Positions 56,075 to 64,000 of a DNA stretch of 64,000 bases are shown here, piece by piece. Every line of letters starts with the position of its first letter. Position 1 is the stretch's first letter. The position numbers and the translations under genes are program-made. A model generated the notes under the pieces. It was not told the DNA's origin. It saw only the letters and a list, made by a program, of their open reading frames with translations, and ran no database searches. The DNA is from Solirubrobacterales bacterium (GTDB lineage Bacteria; Actinomycetota; Thermoleophilia; Solirubrobacterales; Solirubrobacteraceae), in NCBI GenBank assembly GCA_947474595.1, contig CANJIV010000004.1:148732-212731 (forward strand), written 5' to 3'.

Positions 56075-56467
56075 CTAGTTTTGCGTGCCACCCATTCCAC
56101 GCATGCGATCGCGAATTGCGGGATCGATAACTTGGGAGAAACGCACCACAGTCACCGTGTCAGTCAGTGCGACCTTGCGCCCGTATATCTGCTCAAGGGA
56201 GGTAACGAGCTCTTCGGTGCGGCGAAACTCGGGGTTGTCGTGCTCGATATCACGAGGCGAGAGCTTGTTGATCGGCTTGACCTCGACCTGATCGATGACG
56301 GCCTCAAAGATGCGCTCACGTGGTGAGTACTTGTAGCCGATAGTCACCAATACGAGCTCATTCTTGCGGTAACTGTGCGACTTATCACCGAGCCTGATCG
56401 TCGCCGTCTTGCGGCCCCTGCGTAGCTGGTCGGCGAAAATTGCCGAATAGAAGTTCAGTACCTGCAC
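56075..56467 (-). CDS. ASCH (PUA-like) domain protein
   Basis: 130 aa. N-terminal F..I..G.KTATIR pattern and the size are typical of ASCH domains. Confidence 0.55.
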   Translation of the reverse strand: MQVLNFYSAIFADQLRRGRKTATIRLGDKSHSYRKNELVLVTIGYKYSPRERIFEAVIDQVEVKPINKLSPRDIEHDNPEFRRTEELVTSLEQIYGRKVALTDTVTVVRFSQVIDPAIRDRMRGMGGTQN

Positions 56468-56477
56468 GCGCCTCAGC

Positions 56478-56939
56478 CTACCGATCGAGATCGATTCTAG
56501 TCAGCGCACGACCGACCATTTCACGCTCGCCAGGATGCGACAGCGCCGTTAGGGCTTCATCGAGAGCCATCCAACGCACCTGCTCGACCTCGTGGTCGTG
56601 GTCGGCGAAATCTCCGACTTTGTAATCGAAGAGAAAGAACGTCACGCTCTTGAGGATTCGTCTCCCTTTGCGCTGATACCAGTAGCGAACATCGCCGAGA
56701 GACTCGACGAGCTCGCCGCTAACACCGGTCTCCTCACGCACCTCGCGCGTCGCAGCCTGCTCGAGGGTCTCTCCCTCCTCAGGGTGGCCTTTGGGCAGAC
56801 AGAGCAGTACCTCGCCGCCAGCTCCTCGGCGAGTCGGCACGATCACGACAACGTCACGACCACGCACCATCACACCGCCTGCGGAGAACTCCCCCGGACT
56901 GCCGTCAAGCGGTTCATCATCGAGATGACTTACGTCCAC
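56478..56939 (-). CDS. NUDIX hydrolase
   Basis: 153 aa. Nudix box GHPEEGETLEQAATREVREETGV. Confidence 0.85.
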   Translation of the reverse strand: MDVSHLDDEPLDGSPGEFSAGGVMVRGRDVVVIVPTRRGAGGEVLLCLPKGHPEEGETLEQAATREVREETGVSGELVESLGDVRYWYQRKGRRILKSVTFFLFDYKVGDFADHDHEVEQVRWMALDEALTALSHPGEREMVGRALTRIDLDR

Positions 56940-56969
56940 CTGATGCTCCCGTCTCTGATTAAGCGGCCC

Positions 56970-57743
56970 TTAGACCAGAGCATCAAATAGCCGGGGGTCG
57001 TTTGAAATTACACCTGTTACACCTAGGCGTTCGAGGCTCTGAATGCGCGCCAGATCGTCGACCGTCCAAACGTAGAGGTCACCGCCGGCCCGATTAACGG
57101 CCCGAACTAGCTTCGGGGTGACCAATCGCCAGTGGGCCATAATCGCGTCGCAGCGGCCCTCACTGATCTCGCGGTATGCGCGTCGCGGCAGTAATGCGCG
57201 GTAGACAAAAAGTCCGATCAAGGCCGGGGCGATCGTCAGCGCAGAGCTTGTGTAGTCCTTGCGCACGTGGGGGACACTCAGCCCGAGCCGCACATTTGGT
57301 TCGATCTCGCGAATACGCGCGAGACTCTCTGGATACATCGTCGAGATCAGTGAACGGTGAACGAGGTCATAGCGGCGTAGCGCCTCCACGACGCGGTCCT
57401 CGTAGCCCGGGAGTTTGAGATCGACGTCGAGCTCGACATTGGCGAAAGCGTCGGAGGCAAAGTGGGCTAGACCATCGTCGAGGCTAGGAGAGTCCGCAAC
57501 GCTGGCAACGGTGTAGTCGTGGGCAAGGATCAGTGGCACCTGCATCCGATCGGCGTGCGGGTCGGTCGGCAAGATGTCGAACTCGATCATGTCTACATCG
57601 TGGGCTAATGCCGCGTCAAAACTTGCCAAAGTGTTGCCTGGAGCGATGTGATCTGCGCCCTTATGGCCAACCCGGCGCATCTTCGGGCCTGCCGGAGCCC
57701 GTCCTATCGCTGTCACTGGGGGCCGGATGGTCGAGTTGTCCAA
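56970..57743 (-). CDS. glycerophosphodiester phosphodiesterase family protein (start possibly at 57680)
   Basis: GHKGA..APGNTL.SF and EFDI motifs of the GDPD family. Confidence 0.75.
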   Translation of the reverse strand: MDNSTIRPPVTAIGRAPAGPKMRRVGHKGADHIAPGNTLASFDAALAHDVDMIEFDILPTDPHADRMQVPLILAHDYTVASVADSPSLDDGLAHFASDAFANVELDVDLKLPGYEDRVVEALRRYDLVHRSLISTMYPESLARIREIEPNVRLGLSVPHVRKDYTSSALTIAPALIGLFVYRALLPRRAYREISEGRCDAIMAHWRLVTPKLVRAVNRAGGDLYVWTVDDLARIQSLERLGVTGVISNDPRLFDALV

Positions 57744-57855
57744 GAGACCACCGGCACGTCGATCAGCGTTGGCTGATCGAATTTTGTCGTCGTGGCCTTC
57801 ATCTCTTGGAGGTTAGCTGGGAACGCCGATCGACTGATTACAGGCGCTTGGAGCC

Positions 57856-58587
57856 TCACGTTGGAAAGGCGAGATCTCTGGCTTGGCGCATCACACCGTC
57901 GAGCATTGGCTCTGTCAATCGCTTTGTAAAGGTGTTCTGTTGCGAAGGGTGGTAGGTGCCCAGCAGCGTCAAACCACCAATCTCTGCTCTTGCGCCGTGA
58001 GCAAAGCGCGGTCGAGGTCGGGGCAGTGTCGCGCCGCGTGAGCGAAGCAGAGCAAGCGCCGCATCCCATGCAAAGCCGCCGAGGCAGACGACCACGCGCA
58101 CCTCGCACAGCAAAGCTAGCTCACGTTCGGCGAAGGCCAAACAGCTGTCGCGCTCGGCGGTAGTCGGACGGTTCGCCGGCGGCGCGCAGCGGACTGCGGC
58201 CGTGACCCAAGCGCCGCTGAGTTCGAGGCCGTCCTTCCGTGATTGCGAATCGGGCTGGTTTGCAAATCCTGTGCGCCACAGCGAGCCAAAGAGCCAATCT
58301 CCAGACCGGTCGCCGGTGAACATCCGCCCGGTTCGGTTAGCACCGTGAGCCGCAGGAGCAAGTCCTAAAATCAACACTCGAGCGCCCGGATCGCCGAAGC
58401 CAGGTACAGGTCGCCCCCAGTACTGCTGATCGGCGTAGGCCGCCCGACGTTCAACAGCCACCTGCTCACGCCATCTGACCAGACGCTCACAACTCCTACA
58501 GCCGACGATCTCGCGCTCGAGGTCGGCGAGCAGAGCGTTGGACTGGGTGAGGCCATCGCCATCGGCTGGCTTGGCATATCTGGCCAT
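57856..58587 (-). CDS. uracil-DNA glycosylase, family 5 (UdgB-like), Fe-S type
   Basis: 243 aa. N-terminal CRSCERL Cys motif, motif A GLAPAAHGANRTG (family 5 type, rather than GEAPG of family 4), and HPS motif B. Confidence 0.75.
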   Translation of the reverse strand: MARYAKPADGDGLTQSNALLADLEREIVGCRSCERLVRWREQVAVERRAAYADQQYWGRPVPGFGDPGARVLILGLAPAAHGANRTGRMFTGDRSGDWLFGSLWRTGFANQPDSQSRKDGLELSGAWVTAAVRCAPPANRPTTAERDSCLAFAERELALLCEVRVVVCLGGFAWDAALALLRSRGATLPRPRPRFAHGARAEIGGLTLLGTYHPSQQNTFTKRLTEPMLDGVMRQARDLAFPT

Positions 58588-58618
58588 CAGTAGGGCAGCC
58601 TAGGGCTCGCGATAACGT

Positions 58619-59617
58619 CTAGCGAAGGCTCTTGCCGTACTGGCGCTCGTAGTACTCGCGATAGTCGCCGGATCTCACCGGCTCCCACCACCATCCGTTT
58701 TCGCGATACCAGGTCACGGTCTGCTCTAGCCCCTGAGCGAAACGGACCGACGGCTCCCAGCCAAGTGCTCTGACCTTGTCACTAGAGAGTGAGTAGCGAC
58801 GGTCGTGGCCGGGGCGGTCAGTGACGTACTCCATAAGTGAACTGTCGCGGCCGGTAAGTTCGATGATCCGCTCGACTACTTCGAGGTTTGGACACTCGTC
58901 GGGGCCGCCGGCGTTGTATACCTCGCCCGGCGTACCGTGCTCAAGCACGTGGCCGATAGCGCGAGAGAAATCCTCGACGAAGATCCAGTTACGCACCTGC
59001 TGTCCATCCCCATATATCGGCAGAGAGTCTCCGGCCAGAGCGTTGAGAATCATCAGCGGGATCAACTTCTCCGGGTACTGGTAGGGACCGTAGTTGTTAG
59101 AACCGCGACAGATCACTGCCTCTAGTCCGAACGTGTGGAAGTAGCTCTGGACGAGCAGGTCGGCGCCAGTCTTGGTCGCGCTATAGGGCGATGATGGGGC
59201 TAGCGGAGAGAGCTCGGTAAAGGAGCCCTTCTCGATTGAGCCATAGACCTCGTCCGTTGACACTTGGAGATAGCGCAAGCCATGCTTGCGGGCTGCCTCT
59301 AGCAGCGTGTAGGTTCCCTTTCCGTTAGTTGTAACGAAGGCGTCTGGCTCCGCAATCGAGCGGTCTACGTGAGTCTCGGCGGCGAAGTTGACGATCGCCT
59401 CGCAGCCCGTTATCGCACCAGCGACAGCCGCGCTGTCTTCGATCGCGCCGTGGATGAATGAGAAGCCGGGCGTATCGCGGATTTCGTGAAAGTTGTCCTC
59501 ACGCCCGGCATAGGTGAGTTTGTCGAGAACGACTACCTCATCGCCGTGCTCAAGTAGACGTTGACGGGTGAAGGTTGAACCGATGAACCCGGCCCCACCG
59601 CAGACCAATAGCTTCAT
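58619..59617 (-). CDS. rfbB: dTDP-glucose 4,6-dehydratase
   Basis: Start trimmed to the ATG at 59617 (MKLLVCGGAGFIGS), overlapping the rfbD stop. STDEVYG and YSATK catalytic motifs. Confidence 0.9.
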   Translation of the reverse strand: MKLLVCGGAGFIGSTFTRQRLLEHGDEVVVLDKLTYAGREDNFHEIRDTPGFSFIHGAIEDSAAVAGAITGCEAIVNFAAETHVDRSIAEPDAFVTTNGKGTYTLLEAARKHGLRYLQVSTDEVYGSIEKGSFTELSPLAPSSPYSATKTGADLLVQSYFHTFGLEAVICRGSNNYGPYQYPEKLIPLMILNALAGDSLPIYGDGQQVRNWIFVEDFSRAIGHVLEHGTPGEVYNAGGPDECPNLEVVERIIELTGRDSSLMEYVTDRPGHDRRYSLSSDKVRALGWEPSVRFAQGLEQTVTWYRENGWWWEPVRSGDYREYYERQYGKSLR

Positions 59618-60483
59618 CTCTGTGCTCCGTTCGTTGTATTCGTCTGTGTCGTCTGACGCTGAACAAGATATTGCCCAAGGCTTTCGCGCCACGAGCCCAA
59701 CGTAATTCCGTCCTCGCGCTGACTGCCCAATACGCTCCACGCCGGTCGTTGGGCCGGCCGTAGAAAGGCTTTGCTTGTGGTCTCTTTGAGATCGCAGTCG
59801 ATCTCAGCGCGATCAAAGATCTCACTGGCGAACTCAAACCACGAACATGGGTCCGATCCAGCCGCGTGAAGCACTCCACTCGTGCCGCGTTCAGCTACCG
59901 AAATCAGAGCCTCGGCTAGATCTAGCGTCCACGTCGGGCAGCCGATCTGGTCACCCACGACGCTCACTTCGTCGCGCTCCCCGCCAAGACGCAGCATCGT
60001 CTCTACGAAGTTGCTTCCGCCGAGGCCAAAGAGCCAAGCAGTGCGCACGATCGTGTGGCGTTCTCCGATCGCTGCAACGGCCAGCTCGCCGGCGAGCTTC
60101 GTGCGGCCATAGGCGCCGATCGGAGCGGTCGCATCGGACTCGAGATAAGGGGTGCTCTTGGAGCCATCAAAGACGTAATCAGTGGAGACGTGAACGACCG
60201 CGGCCCCAGCGAGTGCGGCGGCGCTGGCAACGTTACCGGCCCCCGTGGCGTTGACAGCAAATGCCGCAGCCTCTTGGCTCTCGGCTCCGTCGACATCGGT
60301 CCACGCGGCGCAGTTGATCACCACATCTCCACTAGCCTGAGCCAGAGCGACAGTGGTTGCGGCGAGATCAGTGATGTCGAGATCTGCTCGAGACAGCGCC
60401 GTTACGTCGTGACCGCGAGCGGTAGCTGACGACACGACGTCACGACCTAGCATCCCCGTGGCGCCTGTCACCACAACGCGCAT
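59614..60483 (-). CDS. rfbD: dTDP-4-dehydrorhamnose reductase
   Basis: 289 aa. VTGATGMLG, STDYVFDG and YGRTK motifs. Confidence 0.85.
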   Translation of the reverse strand: MRVVVTGATGMLGRDVVSSATARGHDVTALSRADLDITDLAATTVALAQASGDVVINCAAWTDVDGAESQEAAAFAVNATGAGNVASAAALAGAAVVHVSTDYVFDGSKSTPYLESDATAPIGAYGRTKLAGELAVAAIGERHTIVRTAWLFGLGGSNFVETMLRLGGERDEVSVVGDQIGCPTWTLDLAEALISVAERGTSGVLHAAGSDPCSWFEFASEIFDRAEIDCDLKETTSKAFLRPAQRPAWSVLGSQREDGITLGSWRESLGQYLVQRQTTQTNTTNGAQR

Positions 60484-61556
60484 TAGGGGATCCAGACCTC
60501 GCTGTTGTCGCCGATCATGAAGCGATAAGCCCGCGGCTGACCGTCGTCGCGACCGATCATGACGTTCTTACCAAGCAGAGAGCCTTGCATCCGGCGCTCG
60601 AGGCCGACCACAGAGGAGTCCGCCAGCAAGATGGAGTTCTCGATTTCGGCGTTCTGGATCCGACAGCGATCGCCGACCGCGCTGTACGGCCCGATATAGC
60701 AGTCGACTAGATCGGCGCCAGCGCCGATGATCGCCGGCCCGCGGACGGTTGAGCGCTCGAGCCTAGCGCCGGCCTCGATCACCACGCGACCCTCAGTGTG
60801 AGAGTCGATCAACTCACCCTCAATGCGCTCGGTGATCGTGTCTAAGACCAGCCGATTAGCCTCCAGCATGTCGTCGAGGCGACCGGTGTCCTTCCACCAT
60901 CCGCGCACGATATGCGGCTCCACCCGCTTACCTTGATCGACTAGATATTGGATCGCATCGGTAATTTCGAGTTCACCTCGCTCGGAGGGCTTGATGGCGC
61001 GAGTCGCTGCGTGAATCGGCGGCGTGAACATGTAGACGCCAACCAGCGCAAGGTCGGTTGCGGGCTTGGCGGGCTTCTCAACTAGCCGCTGGACCGCGCC
61101 GTCGCGCAGCTCCGCAACGCCGTAGTTCTGTGGATCGGGAACTGGTGTTAGCAGGATCAAGGCGTCGGGCGAGCTTGTACGGAAGGCCTCAACAAGGTCG
61201 CTGATGCCGCCTTGGAGCAGGTTGTCGCCGAGGTACATCACGAACGGGGAGTCGCCCAAGAATGGCTCGGCCGTCAGCACGGCATGAGCGAGTCCTAGTG
61301 GCTCAGCTTGATCGATGTAGGTGATCGAGACACCAAAACGGGCGCCGTCGCCGACCGCCTCGCGGATCTCATTGCCGGTCTCAGGAGCGACGATGATTCC
61401 GATCTCTGCGATGCCCGATTCGGCCATCGCTTCGATGCCGTAGAAAAGCACTGGCTTGTTGGCTACCGGGACGAGCTGCTTTGCGCTCGTGTGAGTTATC
61501 GGCCGCAGCCGAGTCCCTTTGCCACCGGAGAGAATCAGTCCTTTTAGATCACGCAT
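60483..61556 (-). CDS. rfbA: glucose-1-phosphate thymidylyltransferase, long form with C-terminal left-handed beta-helix
   Basis: 357 aa. LSGGKGTRLRPITHTSAKQL N-terminal motif and a hexapeptide-repeat C-terminal third. Confidence 0.85.
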   Translation of the reverse strand: MRDLKGLILSGGKGTRLRPITHTSAKQLVPVANKPVLFYGIEAMAESGIAEIGIIVAPETGNEIREAVGDGARFGVSITYIDQAEPLGLAHAVLTAEPFLGDSPFVMYLGDNLLQGGISDLVEAFRTSSPDALILLTPVPDPQNYGVAELRDGAVQRLVEKPAKPATDLALVGVYMFTPPIHAATRAIKPSERGELEITDAIQYLVDQGKRVEPHIVRGWWKDTGRLDDMLEANRLVLDTITERIEGELIDSHTEGRVVIEAGARLERSTVRGPAIIGAGADLVDCYIGPYSAVGDRCRIQNAEIENSILLADSSVVGLERRMQGSLLGKNVMIGRDDGQPRAYRFMIGDNSEVWIP

Positions 61557-61600
61557 ATTGGCGCAGCGTATAGGCGCGACGGGGTCCTCGGCGGCCGACG

Positions 61601-62071
61601 TCAGTAGACGCCCGCGAGCTTGCGGTGATCCCAGGTCGCGATCGACCGTGCAATGAACCTCATCCCGACCCGCTTGGTCGCCTGCTTGGCGATCATTTCA
61701 CGGACCTGGGGAGCTAGCTCACCGACGCTATCTGGCGTGTAGCGGCCGAAGATCTCCAAGCCCAACTCAGTAATCACATCAACATCACGGACCACTTCGA
61801 CGTCTGCCTTGATCATCACTCCGCGCAGCTCTTGATACTCCTCACCGGCCTCTACTTGCACCGTCGCCCGCGGATCGCGATCTAGGTTCTTGATCTTCTG
61901 CGATACGCCGTAAGTCCAGGCCCAGATCTCGCCATCGCGAACCACATACCAGAGCGGCATCAAGTGGGGGAAGCCGTCGGGCCCATTAGTGGCACAGATG
62001 ACCGTGCGCTGCTCGGCCAGAAAAGCTGCAACCTCGTCGTCACTCATTTTGATCTGGTCTCGGCGGCTCAT
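61601..62071 (-). CDS. pyridoxamine 5'-phosphate oxidase family (PPOX-class, possibly F420-dependent) protein
   Basis: 156 aa. Split-barrel pattern with FLAEQRTVICATNGPDGFPHLMPLWY. Overlaps the stop of the upstream regulator by 4 nt. Confidence 0.7.
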   Translation of the reverse strand: MSRRDQIKMSDDEVAAFLAEQRTVICATNGPDGFPHLMPLWYVVRDGEIWAWTYGVSQKIKNLDRDPRATVQVEAGEEYQELRGVMIKADVEVVRDVDVITELGLEIFGRYTPDSVGELAPQVREMIAKQATKRVGMRFIARSIATWDHRKLAGVY

Positions 62072-64000
62072 CGACGTGTTGCTTTTAATCCTCTGGCCGC
62101 TTTCAGTACGGCCTTACGGGCCTTTGCAGGTTCAAGCACGATCGCATCGCCGGCCTCTTTCAAGACTTCGCGTACGAGCCAATCGGTGCCTGCAAATCGG
62201 AACTCGACGATCATTGCGCCGTCAGCGAGCTCCTCGACGACGGCCTTCTCCTCGCGGACCCAGCGGGCGCGCTCGGGCGATATCCAGACGCGCGCTACCT
62301 CCGAAGCTGGCACCTCACCGGTGCGCGGCCAGCCGTCGATGTCGGCGGCGGGGACAACCTCGGGGCGTGGCTCGAACCGTTCCTCAAGGGCAGTGGCCTT
62401 TTTAATGCGATCCAAGCGGAAGTGACGCACACTGTCTTTGGCTGGATCAAAGCTGGCTACATACCAGCCTTCGAGCCCGTTCATCAGCGCATATGGCTCA
62501 ATTACACGCTTAGAAAACTCATCTTCGTTGGCCTTGTAGTACTCGATTTCAAGCACGTGACGGTCGGCGATCGCTCTCGAAATGAGCGCTGCCATCTCAG
62601 GGTCATCGCCTGCCGCTGTGGCGACCTGCAGGCCAGTCTCAACAGGGTCCTCTCCTAATGCCGCGACTATCTTGTCTCGGGCCGAATCCAGCGAGCCATG
62701 AGGGAAGTGCGGTCCAATCAGATCGATCGCGGCAACCAGTGCCTTGGCCTCGATCGGCAACAGTCGCGCCGGTCGAGCAAGCGAGTCGCTGTAGGCATCG
62801 TTATCAACCTCGATCTCGCCGTCGGCAGTGATGTCGGCGTAGAGAATGTAGGAGCCGGCACCGAAGTTAACGACGTTGAGCACGCCGACGTCCTCGCCAA
62901 GTTCCTGCTCTGAGATCTGGAGGCGCTCACAGAGCTCAACGACCTGCAGACGGCGCCCTTCGCGACCAGCCTCGATCAGAATGCTTGCCAGAGTCACCAG
63001 GCGAGCGAAGCGCTCGGGACGGATGACAGCGTCGCGTTTGCCGTTTGTCTCAGGCTCCGGCAGTGATGGCTCTACTGCGCGGGGGGAGGTCGCAGGCTCC
63101 AATGAAGGCGTGGTCTTGTGGCGCTCAATCAGGAGACCGACCCTCTCTTTGAGTTCATCTACTAACTCAGGCGGACTGATCACGCGAGCGTTCTCACCTA
63201 GCCGCAGCGCCCACGAGGCGAGCTGACGGGCGTTGGCGTACTCGGTCTTAAAGATCTGGTTATTGCCATCTGGGGCAGCGGTAAATGTGCCGTAGCGACC
63301 GAAGTGGCGCTCAACCTGCCAGGCGATCCGATCGGCTACCCAGACCTCCGCCTCGCCGATCGGCTCACCGAGCTGCCAGTCAGCGCGGTTGGCGTATAGC
63401 CGTGGATTGAAGTCAGTGGGCCTAGTGAAATCGTGCTCAGCCTTTGTTGCATAAGCGACCTTGGCGCGCATCCTTGAAAGCCGAAAGACGCGTACTGCCT
63501 CGCGCTCGTGTGAGCGGCCAACGAGGTAGAACTGTCCCCCCTGAAAGAGCAGCTGATAGGGATCCACCTTGCGCTTTCCCCACTCGCCACGGTCCATCGT
63601 GAAGTACTCAAAGGTGATCGTCTTGCGACGGGTGATGGCGGTATCCACCTTGACTAGGCGCTGAGAGAGATCGTGGCCACCGGCTGATGCCGTGATGCCA
63701 AGCGCCACGGCCTGTTGGTGGGGCGCGCGCATCGGGCTGGGAAGGCCCCAGGTGATTTGCTGCAGCGCGAGGCGCAACGGCTCGGCGTAGGCGAACTCAC
63801 CATCGAGCAGCGAGAGGGCTGTCTGGAGTGCCGCTAGCTCGGAGTCGGTGAACTTGACCGGGGGGAGGAAGAAGTTCTCCGGCGGCAGCGTGTAGTTCTC
63901 CTGCTCGGCAAGTCCATCTGAAGGCCGTTCGACAGAGAGGCTGATCCCCAGTGACTCAAGCTCAGCGCGGTCGGCGTAGAAACGGCGCGCGAAGGCGTCT
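62068..64000 (-). CDS. fused double HTH-WYL regulator, PafB/PafC-like (5' end outside window)
   Basis: The ORF-track start at 63777 is an in-frame TTG. I translated 63778-63999 by hand and the frame stays open to the window edge (...DAFARRFYADRAELESLGISLSVERPSDG...). Two WYL segments are present (ITFEYFT...DPYQLLFQGGQFYLVG and LEIEYYK...EPYALMNGLEGWYVASF), joined by a Pro/Ser-rich linker. Confidence 0.65.
   Translation of the reverse strand, partial: DAFARRFYADRAELESLGISLSVERPSDGLAEQENYTLPPENFFLPPVKFTDSELAALQTALSLLDGEFAYAEPLRLALQQITWGLPSPMRAPHQQAVALGITASAGGHDLSQRLVKVDTAITRRKTITFEYFTMDRGEWGKRKVDPYQLLFQGGQFYLVGRSHEREAVRVFRLSRMRAKVAYATKAEHDFTRPTDFNPRLYANRADWQLGEPIGEAEVWVADRIAWQVERHFGRYGTFTAAPDGNNQIFKTEYANARQLASWALRLGENARVISPPELVDELKERVGLLIERHKTTPSLEPATSPRAVEPSLPEPETNGKRDAVIRPERFARLVTLASILIEAGREGRRLQVVELCERLQISEQELGEDVGVLNVVNFGAGSYILYADITADGEIEVDNDAYSDSLARPARLLPIEAKALVAAIDLIGPHFPHGSLDSARDKIVAALGEDPVETGLQVATAAGDDPEMAALISRAIADRHVLEIEYYKANEDEFSKRVIEPYALMNGLEGWYVASFDPAKDSVRHFRLDRIKKATALEERFEPRPEVVPAADIDGWPRTGEVPASEVARVWISPERARWVREEKAVVEELADGAMIVEFRFAGTDWLVREVLKEAGDAIVLEPAKARKAVLKAARGLKATRR

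Noticed and set aside
53765-58587. Genomic island integrated at tRNA-Phe.
   Set aside because: There is no integrase, no direct repeat of the tRNA 3' end that I could find downstream, and the adjacent genes are ordinary metabolic or repair genes.

Overview
This is a high-GC, densely coding chromosomal segment of actinobacterial type. The assignment rests on a fused PafB/PafC-like regulator, GpgS, F420/PPOX-type genes, and overlapping start/stop couplings. I saw no rRNA, CRISPR array, transposase, integrase, prophage, or recognisable defence or biosynthetic cluster. The left third is housekeeping: alr fragment, cca, a PhoD-like phosphatase, an APS-type sulfate assimilation operon (cysH-sirA-tauE-cysD-cysN), accA, sucCD, a DtxR-family repressor, and a glycerate kinase/gpsA/gpgS/HAD group. 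The middle (about 28.7-52.3 kb) is the most unusual part. It is a multi-operon catabolic island holding a CUT2-type sugar ABC transporter, three SDRs, two FAH-family hydrolases, two M24 metallohydrolases, an adenine-deaminase-like amidohydrolase, and a BKACE/cyclase/LLM-monooxygenase trio. It also holds a distal flavin reductase, a MetE-like protein, an MFS transporter and two regulators (GntR/FCD and XRE-cupin). I cannot assign a substrate. By reading the intergenic DNA I found two recurrent operator-like words: TTAGCGCTACT three times, and ATTGTAT(A/G)C three times. They sit in or next to promoters that share a CTTGACA -35 box, which suggests a two-regulator regulon. The right part carries an ABC ATPase without a permease, tRNA-Phe, and a secreted 7-blade Vgb-like propeller protein. 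It continues with an ASCH/Nudix/GDPD/UDG group, rfbA-rfbD-rfbB, a PPOX-family gene, and a PafBC-like double-WYL regulator that runs off the window. Other sequence-level oddities are a G-rich 19-bp tandem repeat (G-quadruplex potential) directly after cysN, a perfect 16-bp intercistronic hairpin, and an XRE regulator whose first HTH helix lies upstream of any canonical start codon. All functional calls come from reading motifs by eye. No database search was run, and nothing here is demonstrably a new system without that follow-up.
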